A stretch of 63,541 bases of DNA, the filler included, from Choristocarpus tenellus KU-1152 (Eukaryota; Protista; Phaeophyceae): the NCBI GenBank assembly GCA_964200185.2. It is 6 parts of 6 records of this genome, joined end to end, with 100 filler letters (N's around TTAATTAATTAA, not from the genome) between each part and the next. Parts side by side here need not be neighbours in the genome. Positions count along the whole stretch, not along the records: positions 1 to 9,099 come from CAXNAD020003984.1; positions 9,200 to 12,262 come from CAXNAD020022588.1; positions 12,363 to 25,655 come from CAXNAD020001534.1; 3 more parts are not named here. The stretch is one strand, 5' to 3'. A program made the position numbers and the translations under genes. Each line of letters begins with the position of its first letter. The first letter of the stretch is position 1. Of the stretch, positions 1-13,240 are shown piece by piece. The notes under the pieces are model-generated. The model searched no databases, was not told the origin of the DNA, and saw nothing but the letters and a program-made list of their open reading frames with translations.

Positions 1-1150
1 GTGATGTGGGCACTGTACAAGTATCCTGGATGTTTGGGATGTCCTATTGGTACGCCATACATCCTTCCGCCAACGGGTGACCAAAGCGGGGGTCTCCCTT
101 GCCTGATTGTGGGATCTGTGCAAATGTGAGGTCAAGCGAGTGAAGCACTGGATTAAGGTAGTCCTCTGAGACCAGCAAAAAGTCAACAGGGCAGGTTTTG
201 TCGTCAGTCACACACAAAAGGGGTGGGGGAGTGGGGTATTAGTGGACAATCTATATGACTGGGTGCATGTGGACGAGAATTGGTTTTACATCCTCAAAGA
301 TGGGCAAGGTGTGTACCTGAACTGCACCCCGCTGAAGAACCCCCCAAACCCCCACGGTCACAGAATAAGTGTTTCGTTACAAAGGTGATGTTCCATGCAG
401 CAGTGGCCCGCCCTAGGAAGTTCTCCAACAGGATGTGGTTCAATGGGACAATCGGGTTCTGCCCAATCATGGATACTAAGGTTGCTCAGTGGCCCAGCAA
501 TCACCGCCCCAAGGGCACCAAGGTGCTTGTGCCAGCCGCAGTGGATGGGGAGAGGTAGAAGAAGCTCATAATCAAGGATGCTATCCCTGCAATGAAGACC
601 CGCATATCTAGGCTGGAAAGACACGCCATCCTCATGCAACAGGACAGAGCAAAGCCACACACCAAGGGGGGATCATTAAGGTAATCGAGGAGACAGCGGG
701 GGATGACATTGTTGTAGAGACCCAGTCAGCAACCCACCTGACCTCAACATCAACCTGGGATTACTTTACTCCATCCAGCAACTGAAGGAAGATGTGGCCC
801 CACAGGTAACCAACACAAAGGAGCAGGTGGAGGCCACAATGGAGGCATTCGATATGTACCACCAGGAGATACTAGAGTGCATCTGGCAGAGCCTCTTTCG
901 GAATAAAATGTGAAACTCCCCCCAAATGCCCCCATGGATGCAGTAAAATACCGTGCTGTAACAAAGTTTTGGAGGTCTTCGGGGGCGAAGTCATAGATAG
1001 GTGTAAGCTGCTCCAGTTTGTTTGAGATTTTGGTGGGCAACCTTTTAGTGTCTGCACAACGCACCCATGAAATATCAACGGTGCAAAATATATTGCTTCT
1101 TCACCGGGGCTGCAAACGTTATGTTACATTAATTCCCAATGGAGGATGTA
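1..1150 (+). mobile_element. Decayed Tc1/mariner (plant-mariner/DD39D-like) transposase remnant with probable right end
   Basis: Frameshifted motifs VHVDENWFY (~262-290), KVMFHAAVARPR...WFNGTIGFCP...SNHRPKGT (ORF 280-558), MQQDRAKPH (~634-660) and a PDLN-like motif (~735-750). The segment ends ...GGAGGATGTA at 1141-1150, resembling a mariner/Stowaway TIR end plus TA. Confidence 0.8.
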
Positions 1151-2785
1151 CTTAATAGATGCAATATATCATACCCTCATTTCGAAGAGGACGTGGAGAA
1201 ATAACCCCTGTCTGTGGATGGCAACATACTCAAAGGACAAGGATAGTACTGACAATGTGAAGGTAGGCAGAGCCAGATGTGGAAGGCTGGGATGTAAGGC
1301 TGTGTTTCTAAATGTATCTGATCATTCATGGCGATGAAGCAGCCTCGAAGAGAGACCTTGACATGAAATATGAGTCTACATGCTACTCACCACCCAACAC
1401 ACACTCTCCATTCTTCCTCCCAGTCCCCTCCAACTCATGAAATTCTTTCCTGTGCCCAGCCTCGGAGGTCCTGGAGGTGATTTCTTGAGTTTGGTACTGA
1501 CTTTGGGTATCCCAGCTTGATCTAGGCTTTTCAAATATAACTATTCATGATACAGATCGAACATACAGCTATATTCAGCATTCTCCTCCGTTGTAAACAC
1601 TCCCAAGAATCGCCAGATGTCAGTCTTCTCTACCAATGGAACTTTGCTTCTTTCCGCTCCTGTGCACAATTCTCCTTCTGCTGGTCAGTTGTCAACTCAT
1701 CAAGATTCAAGTTGGACTCCTTGTCTTCATATGACCCTCCTCTTCCCTTGCCATCATCCTCCACACAAAGGACATACTCAGCAGATGGGTCTATGTCGTA
1801 CTCGTGTAGGAACCCATCCCAATCATCTTCAGAGTACCTGTGGCTCTCATGGCTTACACAGTCCTAGAAGTAGGTGTAAATGGTGCTTGTTAAGTGTGTT
1901 TGTGTCCTCTGCACACTTCAGAGAGGAAGGAAATATGTCCGAACAATCAACCTTCCAAGATTTTCAGTTTTGAGCAACTTTGATTTAGTTGAATCAAAGC
2001 AACTCAATTTATAGATTTCAGATTCTATGGTGGAAACACGTTTTGTTGTGGGTTTTCAATGTAAACTGACCTAGGAAGTATTAGATTGTGAGAGCAAGCT
2101 AGAGAGTACTCTGGGCTACTAAGTAGAAGATCAGAGTCTAAGAAAAGGACGATAACAGGGAGACTCAGAAATCATTCTGCCGTTGCAGCATTCCACACCA
2201 TGCCTGACATAGATGTATCCTCTCACACGTATGAATATGCAGCATGGAAGGCCAAGTGTATTAGACAGACCTCTGTGTGAATTGTGATACAATGTGGTGC
2301 CCTGCTCAACCTTGAGAAGGCATTTGGGAATGGTTAAGTACCATGCTCTGGGGTGTTTAAGTGCAGGTAGGCAAGAGGCATCATCAATGCTAACCTTACG
2401 CAAGGTTGCAACGCTGCAAGAGCCCAAGTCCTCCATCTAGTACATCTGGAAGGTATCTATGTTCCAGGTTCCCGACAGATTCTGAGGATGTCGTAGGAGT
2501 TTCAACTCATTGAGAAAAAAATGCAGTATGTGTAAGGATTTGGTGTGCCAGGGCTATACAACTGGAAAACAGCAGTTGTACGGTGCACACTTGCCCTGTG
2601 GCCCAAGAATAACTGAATCATCTTCAGGGTGAAAAGACCTGATGCCATGGGTTGTTTTTGTAGCAATTTGAAATGTGAGGTGATGCAGGTGCTGGACTCC
2701 AGCAGTGCACTCTTCCCTGACTCTTTCTTATACGTGTAGCACAATATATGAATGACCCTGCTGCTTGTTCTTGCACAAGTACGTT

Positions 2786-2832
2786 ACACTATTGCAGTAC
2801 CTACACTATTGCAGTACCTATTACAGTACCTA
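2786..2832. repeat. Short 17-bp tandem repeat (TACACTATTGCAGTACC x2 plus partial)
   Basis: Direct reading of the sequence. Confidence 0.8.
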
Positions 2833-3570
2833 CCATGCTTCTCGCTATCCCTTGTAGTAACCTTGGTTGTCAGTATTACTCCTGACTTCTGGCACTAAGT
2901 TTCAGGGATCTAGCTTGGAGTAGTCAATATAAAACACACTGAAGTTTCTTAAGTCGGGGTTTTTCACAATATACTACAGTGGTTTGTCTTTAGAGGTCGA
3001 TGCATTGGATCCTTTGGGTGTACTTTAGTTGTGACTGCTGACGCTCTCCAGCGTGTATTCAGCGCAATGGATGCATGATGTACCCTATTCTGTGCCATCT
3101 ATGTATTTGGTTCACATTTCGTCTTTGATGGCACAACCTAAATATGGGTTTGCGGAAGCATCTTGGAGTGGTGCTGCATATAGATGTGGAGGAATCGGTC
3201 TTGTATACACTTCTAAGTTGCTGCCTGAGTCTACTTTGGATGTATTCAACTTGATGGCTGCTGCATTAGGTGTGTTTTTTGCCTTCCTTTAATCTGTTTC
3301 TTTGCAAAAGAGAGCTAACTACTCAAGTAGAGTATTTTGCTTTATGTGGTATCCGATGTGTTTATTAGCGGAGTGAGCTCAGCCCTCGGTGGTGGGGGGT
3401 GGGGTGCTATCTCTTATTATCTTATTGTTTATTGCATATGTCAGCTGACACATCAAAACGTGTCCTGCCGTTATATCGTACGTACTATGTCACTTATCCT
3501 GTGTAGCTGGTAGCTAGCTAGTACTATGTCGATAATCGTCCATCAGTCCATTTACATCAAGTAATAAGAT

Positions 3571-3652
3571 GTCGATCATCTGAGATTCGAACCTATTCCT
3601 CCAAGCACACGAAAACAAGTCAATGACACTTGTTCCACTTAGTCAGCACTCC
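3571..3652 (-). other. tRNA-like Pol III promoter head (tRNA pseudogene or SINE head)
   Basis: The minus strand has an A-box-like TGACTAAGTGG (3635-3645) and a B-box GGTTCGAATCT (3583-3593) at tRNA-like spacing. The acceptor and anticodon stems do not pair well. Confidence 0.45.
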
Positions 3653-4225
3653 TTTTATCTAGTAGTAGTCTCTAAACACCTATAAACCATATAGACTATC
3701 AGCCTATATTGCACAGTTTCATTTTTTTAATGTCAACTTACATGACGGGAGTGGCACAAGAGAATCGCCCTTCCGAGTTCACAGTTCGTACTGGAGTGGT
3801 GGATGTATTCAATAAGATGGGTATGCCATTATGTCATTGACTTATCTATGTATATTATGCATATTTGTGCTTCACGCGTTCTTCGTGCTAAAACCTAAGA
3901 CAACTTGTTGGAGCAGCAATAATATAAGTAAAAACCTGTTTGGCTTTCAGGGAGGAGCTAAGTACGTGTTCTCATGTCATGACTCTGAATGACATCATCT
4001 TTTTGAGAACTTTTCGTCGATGAAGACACTATTTGTGTGTGCGTCATCAACTCACTCCTTCTCTCCGGCACTTCTACTCTCTCTCTCTCTCTCTCTCCCT
4101 CCCTCTCTGTTCAATGCTCTTGTCTTTTCAATTTCGCCTGTGCATGGATGGGTATGTGTGCTGTACCCTTCTTCTGTGTCTCAACCAATACACACATTGA
4201 ATCACAATGCGCTTGGATTGTGCAG

Positions 4226-7200
4226 GGGCCTTAACCTGCAGGGGAAAACAAGGTATACCCGCGAACCTTCAAATAAGGTGGTGGTAACATGGATGGCTCG
4301 ACGCTCCTCAGTTCAGGTATGTCATTCTCTTCTTGTCACTGCTGTCTGCGCCTAGTCTTGTCTTGCATAACTTTGTTAGGAGTGCTTTCAAATGTAGAGT
4401 GCCCCAGACGTGCTTCCGTTGACATACACTCTGCATGTTGGGGCTACCCATTTTGGAGCTGTGTGTTACTCTGTTGTTCTTGTGTGATCGCTGGTGGGTG
4501 AAGGAGGGACTTGCAGACATTAAAAACGGCGGTGTGTGTACGCCTGCCATGTGTGGAGTACCCTTTCTCACGAAAAAAAGGCGAGCCAGAAATGTGTGTG
4601 TGAGCAGTATCGTGGTTCCTTACTCATGCAATGGAATGAGACAGGATGAGCTCGATCTTGAGGTCACCTCTCCAGTTCCTTATAGACCGATTTAACTTTA
4701 GTTCAACATTGAAAAATGGGAGGAACATTGCTTATCACTGATATCACCAAGAGTTCAGGATGGTGCTCTCAACTCAATGAAGCCATCAAGTCAAGAACCA
4801 GCACCCTACTTGACAATGTTAGTTTGACATCCTAGTTTGCAGGCGTGTTCCTTGTTTGCTTTCCATCCTTGATTTCATCTCCAGCTGATTTTTATCTTTC
4901 AAGCTCACCCTGACCAACATTGTATGTTACCACCAGCTACTTGCGTTCTTGTGTTGAGTGTGTCGATGCAGAGTGTCCTCCTCCTCCTCTTGGTACCACA
5001 ATGAAAATACATCGCTGCTGCTGCATTTATTGCTGCTGTTCTCTACAAGAGAGAGATTCTGTAATAATGCACCTCATTTGGCACACTGTGCAACATTCCT
5101 TGGGCAACAGGCACAGGCAAATTTGTGCTCAAATCGTTGCTTTGGACTCTGGCTGACTCCACCTGGTACCTCCTTTGAGTGTAAATGTAATTGTTCTCGT
5201 GGTGTTTCACTCATCTGCCATAATGCCAGTATAATCAGTCGGTACCCTTCACCTGTTTTTTCAACTTAGTTTTGATCTGCTCGTTTTTGTGAACTACTCT
5301 GCTCTAGTGTCGATCTTTCATTTGTCCACCCTGGGCTTTGCTATAGCCACGAAGTGAGACTGGGTAGTTACCTACTCTTGTTGCCTTTATATATTCAACC
5401 AAAGTGCAATACTTTCAACTGCTGTACATAGTGTTGACTCTGCCCAGGACATTGTGCTCTGGACAAAAGCAGCACTATGGCATTGTTGGAACACCTTCAT
5501 CTATTTTGTGTAGACAACACAGGATGACATTGATTGGCAGGGACAGTACATTTAACGTTCAGTGGATCCTTTGCATTGCTTCAGCACATTGTTATGTGTG
5601 TAGATGGAGTGGTTTCTGCAAGGGGATGTAGTCCATCTCAGGACAGATTGTTATGAGGGAAGTGGACAGCTTTGTACCGTTTCTTGTGATTGATATGGAG
5701 GAAAATGGTCCCTTAATTACATTCAAATTACAACATTGTTTGCTCTTAGCTTGTGATGTGTGCAGTCACCACCAGTTTCTTCTCCCCTACCAACTCAAGC
5801 AATCTCGCCTGTTCATCCACCATACTAACACCCATACGCTGAGCACACCTGTACTCACTTTGATACACATCTTCCCATAAACTAATTGACCGTCCACAAG
5901 TCTACCAACTTGTGCTACTGATCTCGTGTGAAATGGAAACATTCATGGCTTACTGGGTCAGCATAGCCATGGAAGCAAATTGTGTTGCAGAGTTTTGCTA
6001 TAGCCTCTGTGACATACGACAGTCCCTTAGCCCTCTTTCGTGTCCATGTTTTGTGTCCATATTGGATGTACTTGAGTTACTTTTGTATTCGCTCAGTGAA
6101 ATTGAAACACACATGTCGGCTGATGGGAAGGGGATGTTGAAACCACCTGCCTGAACTTGGTCATTGGTTGTGGTTACACTAACCAGAGCTAGGCCTCATT
6201 CACATATCCCACCAATTCAAATATCACTTATTGTGGCTGTCCTGTTGTGCGTATCGTTGAAGTGGCCCGAGCGAAAGTACTGCAGTGAAAACGGAGCTGC
6301 TGATGGCACATACTTTGTCTGTGACTACTTCCGACACCTGGGGACCAGGGAGCTCCAGCGCAAAGTCAAAAATGACAAGGCGGTAAGACACCACTAGGTG
6401 CTTTCATTTGCAACAACTTGGTTTAGGGTACTTGGAAGTATTAAGTACTTGTATTTTTCAGGTAAGGTGCTTCAATGCACGTCTATGAAACGATTTTTCC
6501 AGAGTTGAAAAGTTGGGATGCCGTGGAGGATGTCATTTTTTGAGCTCAACTCAGAATTTTTCCTCCACAGAAATTGTTATCCTGTTTGGAATGGGAGGGG
6601 GACCTACACAAATGACCACTGGTGTAGGGAAGATAAGTAGTTGAACAGTTTAGTGCAATGAACACAATGGAGCTAGAGACGTTGACTTGGTTGAGGAAGC
6701 CATTTAGAGGTGCTTTTTTTGCTGGTGCATCCATCTGCACTTGTTTGTTTTGGGGCTGTTCACCTTCATCCCCGTCCCTTGCAATCCCAACTTCCTGCCC
6801 CTAAATACCACGTGTTCCTTTGCCGTTGACACGTCACATCTGCTACTTTTCCTTCAGGTCGTTCAGGGCCTCAAGGACCTTGAGCAAGCATCCTTCCCTA
6901 ACGGAGCACAGGTTGAAGTCCGAGATATGGATTACAACCTAATTTCCTTCGAGGAACAGATCCTCAACGACCTGGAGACTGATATTATGGTAATAGCTGT
7001 TAGTTTACTTTGCCTTCCCTTGACCCAAACATCTTCAATTAACCAGGCACATGAATTTCAAACAGTTTCTTTATTTTTGGCTGTGGAGATGTGGTGCAGT
7101 CCACAAGTGCCTGTTGCACTGCTGGTGGTTTACTCATGACTTTTGTCACTGTGTACAGAATTTCGAATTTTCTCCCAAGTTTGACACCGGCAGTTTGTAG

Positions 7201-7793
7201 TGTGTGGCTATCTGGGTATAGGGAAAGGTTTCCAGCTCCATATTCATGTTGTTTCCTGAGTACTTTGACCCCTCCTCAGCTCCCAATTGTACTTGCTTTT
7301 GCCCTCCTGTACCCTTCCTAGAAGGCTACCTACCCTTACTTGCCCCTCTAACCTTTTGGAAAAGGGACTCTTTAATGCAACAAGGGGGAAACTGCACTCC
7401 TGTATGTGGTAAATGGTTCAGCAGGATAGTGAACTCCAATAAAACACATGATCCCCCCCCATGACTCCATTTATCCCCCACTCCTTAGTGCTTCCTTTCC
7501 TCAAAAGAATTTCAACCTTGCTGTCTCTATCTTACCGTCTCTCAATTTGTTTTGTTCTGTGACAGATTGGACCCCATGGGGCAGGGTTATATCACATTGT
7601 GTTCACACCAGATCGTGCAGTCCTGATTGAATTGCAGGTGGATGGTACAAATGGGCGTAAACACTTCAATAACCTTGCACGGTGGTCAGGTCGAGGATAC
7701 AAAGGTGGTTCGCAGATGAACCCTGTTCCAGTTGAAAGAGCAAAGCAGCTTGTATCTGAGGCTGTTCAGGCCATGGATCTGGGTCGTCATTGA
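4226..7793 (+). CDS. Glycosyltransferase family 61 (EOGT/xylosyltransferase-like), 3' part
   Basis: join(4226..4316,6263..6382,6858..6989,7566..7793), GT-AG and phase-consistent. Translation: ...KVVVTWMARRSSVQ|WPERKYC...|VVQGL...SFEEQILNDLETDIM|IGPHGAGLSHIVFTPDRAVLIEL...HFNNLARW. The xGxHGAGL motif is typical of GT61. The 5' exons were not found in the window. Confidence 0.85.
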
Positions 7794-7950
7794 ATAGAGG
7801 GAGGATCTCCTGTGAATATGTTTTATCGAGAAGGGATTTTATGAAAGAGCAAAGCAATTATATCTGATGCCGTTCAGGCTATGGGTCTGACTCGCTGTTG
7901 AAGAGGCCAATAATTTTTTGAATATTTTTGAACAAGGGATTTGAAAGCAA
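7734..7950 (+). repeat. Diverged ~109-bp tandem duplication of the GT61 stop-codon region
   Basis: 7734-7842 (GAAAGAGCAAAGCAGCTTGTATCTGAGGCTGTTCAGGCCATGGATCTG...) is repeated at 7843-7942 (GAAAGAGCAAAGCAATTATATCTGATGCCGTTCAGGCTATGGGTCTG...). Confidence 0.85.
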
Positions 7951-9099
7951 CATCGCTTCAAGTAATGCTAGCAGGATCTTTGTGACTTTCTAGTACTCTC
8001 CTGCTTCGAACTGCCCTGTATGTGGTGTGGCAATGGTAAAGAACGTGCAAGTTGTGGCGAGATGTTCAAGATCTCACAGTAGTCTGACCTAGTTTGAGTG
8101 TATGAAGTATATGGAGGGTGTGGATTGTGACCTTTTGCTATGCTTTTGTCAAGCAATTCAAATACTTGCAGTCTTCCCTTTTGCTTTTTGCAGTGTTCTT
8201 TTGTGACATCGTGGAGCATGGTACCCTTCCTTGCAAATCACTCCTTGCAGCATTTGCAGGTTCTAGCATGGAGAGAGGAGCGCTGTTCACATTGTGTATA
8301 CTCAAATCTCATTTTTGTAGTGGTTTACGCCTTGAGTGTGTTGCGTGAGAGAGCTGCTGGCTCGCTGGTTGGCCTTGTACAAACTGTTTCTTCTCTCACA
8401 TGAGTGAGCCCCACACCGTCTTAGATTCGCATGTTGACCCTCATACCCTTTTTAAGGCTCTCTCATAATGCACAGGAGAGAAGCATAGCACAATTCCTCA
8501 CTACCCTTGCACATGATCACCTTGCCCTTTTTTCGCCTCTGGGGTGATCACAAGATATGGTTTCCGGGTAGGAACCTCCAGAGTTCTTCAAAGGTCCTCA
8601 ACCTGCCACAGAGCTGGGTCTTGGTCTAGGAATGACCTCTGGGCTAGCCATGGGGCTAGGTGTGAGGTTATTGAATGGTGTAATGTGGGGCTCCTGGTCT
8701 GGGTCTCCCTTCCTCTCGAATCGTGGGTACATGTACAGTTCTGAGATCACAGTGCAGATCCCGAGTCAGGTAGTGGACCCCATACATCTAGATCCAGTGT
8801 GAGTCTGACTTTACTCCAGTACTTCATTGGTTATGTTTTCTGTCTGACATTTTACTTCAAAATGAAAATGGATCTGTGTTAGGTTTCCACATGCATCCTT
8901 AAGGCCTTAGCCAGGTATGGCTCGTGTCACCATCAACATCCCTCTTCAGCTCAAGCCACAGGTATGTTGTATTCTGTTGCTATTGCAAAGCAATGTGGAA
9001 ATGAAATGGTGGGACTAGTGTACTCATCGTGCTATATAGTATCATGAGACCCAAAGTATCTGGGGGGGGGGGGGGGGTCTCAACCAGAAGTCCCATTGG

Positions 9100-9199
9100 N
9101 NNNNNNNNNNNNNNNNNNNNNNNNNNNNNNNNNNNNNNNNNNNTTAATTAATTAANNNNNNNNNNNNNNNNNNNNNNNNNNNNNNNNNNNNNNNNNNNN
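9100..9199. other. Artificial contig linker
   Basis: 44N-TTAATTAATTAA-44N (stops in all six frames). Confidence 0.98.
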
Positions 9200-9249
9200 A
9201 AAGAATGATAGATGGAACATTTTCTTGATCGTGAACGGTCCATTCAAAT

Positions 9250-9322
9250 CCCCCCCCCCCACCCCCACCCCCGCCCCCACCCCCACCCCCACCCCCACCC
9301 CCACCCCCACCCCCACCCCCCA
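9250..9322. repeat. (CCCCCA)n hexamer microsatellite, G-quadruplex-capable on the minus strand
   Basis: Direct reading of the sequence. Confidence 0.9.
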
Positions 9323-12262
9323 CATGGCGTACCTTGTTGAACTTATACCCCTCAGGGTTAAAACAGAACTACATGCAAAGGGTATCACATAATGACGAGC
9401 CCCACCCCAACCCAAGTCAATTACGACTTCTGTCTGGTACTGATTAGCTCAACAGTCTTTGTACCCTCCTTGTGTGCTTGCTCAGAACCTATTGTGTCAA
9501 GTAAGTCAGATATTGCTTTTTGTTAAGGAGATGCCATGTTAGGCGTGACTGTCGACTATCTTGTATGTTTTTGTGTTTTGTTGTTTTTGTTTTTGTGTTT
9601 GGCTAAGCGTTTCTGTTATTATTGGGGGGGGTTTTTGCTGCTCGTTGTAGATGAAGGTTTCATCTGTCTGTTGATATTACATGTAGGGTAGTGCAATAAA
9701 AGGGTGTGTGCTTGGGATGGTAAAAAAGGGCAGGGAGGGCAGAAGAAGAGGACTTGCAAACTACAGCAATGTTGGTGGGATGGGTCCTTTTGTTTTTGTC
9801 ATGTTGCATGTCGTTTGAGAAAGTTTGCAAGAATGGGAGGCTTGTGTAAGGCCACAAGAAGAGCATATTCTTAGCTTGTATGTTGATGTTTTAGTCTGTG
9901 TCCAAAGTTGTGTGCTAATGAATCAAGAGTAATATCTACACGCTTATTTTTGCATCTGTGTTGAGCTAATATGGGGCATCTACAGCGCTTGTGTCCTTTC
10001 CCGCCCCTTCATTTTTTTCCGTTTTATCTTCATGGCTTCACACATGCTGAGCAAAACAAGAGAGAATGAGGTATTTGGCCTTTACATCTACCAAAACAAG
10101 TAATGAGTGCTGTTTTTTTTTAAACATAGGCCATCCCACTAGTGCTCTTTCTTAGAAATCTATGCTTGAGGATCTATGCTTGAGGTGTCAACATATGTAA
10201 CTGACTGAACTAAAGTGTTCATCAGACCGTTTAGATACTGAGCTATAATTGGACAAGACGTTTTGCACCTTGGACAATGAACACTCAGCACTATATTATG
10301 CCAGTACCTCTCCAGATCAAAACATAGATAACGTTGTCTTCTACTACTCGTAACACTCTGGTTCAAGACATACGTATGTCGCCATTTCTATGTAGCACAT
10401 GTTACGCCATAGCAAAAAAATTACATTGTGCTATGAGGTGACATAGTGTTACAGACTATCTCTCCATCCCTTCACGTTGTGTCCCAACATAATATTACGA
10501 GTTATTTTACACTATAATACAAGTGTTGCTATGGCATGCTGTGAATGTGCTACGCTATTGTCATACAGTGATCAGTGTTATCTTTTAATGATTGAAGTCA
10601 TTTACTACCCTCCTCAAGTGTCTGAGGCTGCTTGGTACTCCGCATGTACATACATAAAGCGAGAGTTGACCTGACTGTCCTTGGGGAAAGCAAGCAGAAG
10701 AGAAAGGAGAAAGATCATTATTACTACTAGACAACACAACTCAGGAAGTGCACATTTTTCTATTGTTCCAATATGGAAAACAATACTAATAGCAGCATAG
10801 GACTACCAGGTGAAAATAAAAACGTTAGAACCCTGGTGCTCTATAAAAAAGCGTGTTTCTTTTTCCGGCACTACCATGGAACTGCTTCTTCCTGTTCATC
10901 GAGCTTCATTGGCCCACCAGTTGAAGCAAGTCAGTCCCACCTGTACCCTTAGTTACTTAGCTCTTAGAGACCAGCTCTCTCGTCATCAGAGTCAAACGCA
11001 GGTGCATGGAAGTAATTTTTTCTTCGGATGCATCTTCTCAGGGGTTGTCAATGTGCTGTCCCCACACAAGCTATAGCTTTTCTGGATCTTCAAGGCAATC
11101 AGGCACTTCCTGTTTGGCATCCTCCGTTGAGAACACTGGCAATTGTTCTGGAATGAGACTGCGTTCCCTGAAGCAAAATTGCACCATCTCAGTGTTTCTG
11201 GGTCTATTGGGGTCCTCTTGTAAGACACCACTTGCACAGCTATGCGCAAGTCATGTTCTAACACAGGAACAGATACAGGCCATCCAAACACCACCTATGT
11301 ATGCAAAGGGCACAAGCATGGGGAACCTCTTCCATCTATCGTCTCTCCAAACGGTTGTGACCCCCACCCCAGATGTGTCCCCCATAAGACAACAAATTAA
11401 CTTATCCTATAAAGGGTGAGTCCCTTACCACATACATATCAAATCATGTCGCAGGTGGAAAGGATTGAAGAATTTGCGTTGAGTGAATGCTTGATTTTGT
11501 CAAACAAGTCCACGAAGTTGGAAGTCTTCTTGACTACACCCCTTTTAAACAAGCTAACCTTCAGATTTCAAGAAGCTGACTTGTTCCATCACCAAATCAA
11601 TTGCAAGTGAAGCATTTTAACAAGTTGTGCACCCTTTCACTCTCATTTCCTTCTGAACAGGTTTGGGGTCGTGACATATTTCCCTTTCTCCTGAAATGAT
11701 TCATGGCAGGAGAATAGTTGCTCTGTTTAGTCTTATTAAAGGAGTCCCGAACTGTATATCATGCTTGCCAAGCAGTAGAACCATTGTGAATCAGAGGTTT
11801 CACCATTTGCTTATGCTTCCTCCACCCAAACGCCCTAGTTGTATATTGGTAAACATGGTGCATTCTTCACTGGCACCTTTGAATTCACAAGTCCATCTGG
11901 AGGTATGAAGGAACTGATCACTGTCCTAACGACCCAAGGACTTCCTGCTACAAGCAGTGTTGCTACCAGTGTTGCTAATACTGCCGCCGTGCCGACCACT
12001 TAAGTCAGAACTGCCAGTTGGAACCATTGGTGCAATGATCAAGATGCTGCTTGTAAGGGAAGTAACAAGCAATGTTTTTGCACTCTCCACAAGATAATCC
12101 TTGTCTGTCAAAACAACATGGGTGTCTGTGCTGCCATCCTCAGCCATACCTAAGAATGAAATAGGAAATGTGCTTTGATCTGACTTTTTGGAAAACAGTT
12201 GACAAATAACAGCCGATTTCAAAAATTGAGGATGGAGCTTTTCATTGAGGATGGGCTTGACC

Positions 12263-12362
12263 NNNNNNNNNNNNNNNNNNNNNNNNNNNNNNNNNNNNNN
12301 NNNNNNTTAATTAATTAANNNNNNNNNNNNNNNNNNNNNNNNNNNNNNNNNNNNNNNNNNNN
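12263..12362. other. Artificial contig linker
   Basis: 44N-TTAATTAATTAA-44N. Confidence 0.98.
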
Positions 12363-13053
12363 CTAGAGCAATGGGGGGGTGTTGCTGCAGCACAGGTGAG
12401 ACAGAACATATGTGAGGTGTTGGGAGCAGGGAAGCCAGGTGGGGGGGGTATGATATGTGTACCCCGACAATGTCAACGGTCACCCTTAAAGGAAATTGTT
12501 GCTCCGCAATCCCCCATGAATTTTCCCTAAAACCGTTCCTACTTGATTTTCTGTACACATTATGAATAAAGAAGCAACATCCAGCAGCTGGTAGCTGGAC
12601 AGATGGGGGACACATTTTGACTCTTGATTGAAAATCTACATTTTTTTTTGTTGAATCGACCTACAGCAGTAGTAGGTACGAAAATATTGGCGTCTCTCTG
12701 CCTACAAGTCTCTTCTGTCTGTTTGTACCTCTACCCTGCAGTTACTCTATAGCTGCTTCTTACCGTTGCATCCTGTCAACTCACTATGGTAAGCTTTTTC
12801 TCCTGGTATGCTGCTGGCATCCAAGGTGCCTCCTCTCCCCCTTCCTTTTTCTCCTCTGACATCCACAGCTTTGTGTTACGTCTACAGGGCACCAAAGGGG
12901 GTGACCCAGTCCCTCCTCCACCCCACTCATCCATATTGTCTATTTCCCACTGTATGTTGATGTTGATGGTGTTGGTGTTGGTGGTGTTGATGCTTCAAGA
13001 TTGACAATACTGCAGAGCATGAGGCACTGTCTGTTCAGTGTCAACAGCAACTC

Positions 13054-13064
13054 ACGCACACACA

Positions 13065-13118
<54 letters not shown>

Positions 13119-13170
13119 ATGTAGTAGTAGAGCAAGGTGCTGCATAGGGTTAGGGTTAGGGTTAGGGTTA
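13054..13170. repeat. (CA)n microsatellite followed by a telomere-like (TTAGGG)4 tract
   Basis: CA run 13054-13116; TAGGGTTAGGGTTAGGGTTAGGGTTAG from ~13145. Confidence 0.9.
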
Positions 13171-13240
13171 GTAGACCATACACAAGAAAAGACAAGTCGG
13201 ACTGAAAAATCACAAGAGAATGTTGACACAAAACACTCAG

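Noticed and set aside
1300-3350. Possible Gypsy integrase relic on the minus strand (HPQSM-like)
   Set aside because: It needs several assumed frameshifts and is too decayed to support without a search.
3742-3820. ATG-initiated exon candidate (MTGVAQENRP...) as the GT61 first exon
   Set aside because: Its phase does not match exon 4226, and the product would lack most of the GT61 domain.
5340-5660. Copia RNase H-like words (VDNTG; also YVGGDLARYRSVS near 34745)
   Set aside because: Only single short motifs, with no LTRs or continuous frame.
8040-8095. Degenerate gag zinc knuckle on the minus strand (SDYCEI-LEHLATTC)
   Set aside because: It requires a frameshift and a Cys substitution, so it is suggestive only.
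10800-12262. Cluster of 60-137 aa ORFs in contig 2
   Set aside because: No recognisable motif, stops in all frames and CpG-depleted; probably old repeat or intron DNA.
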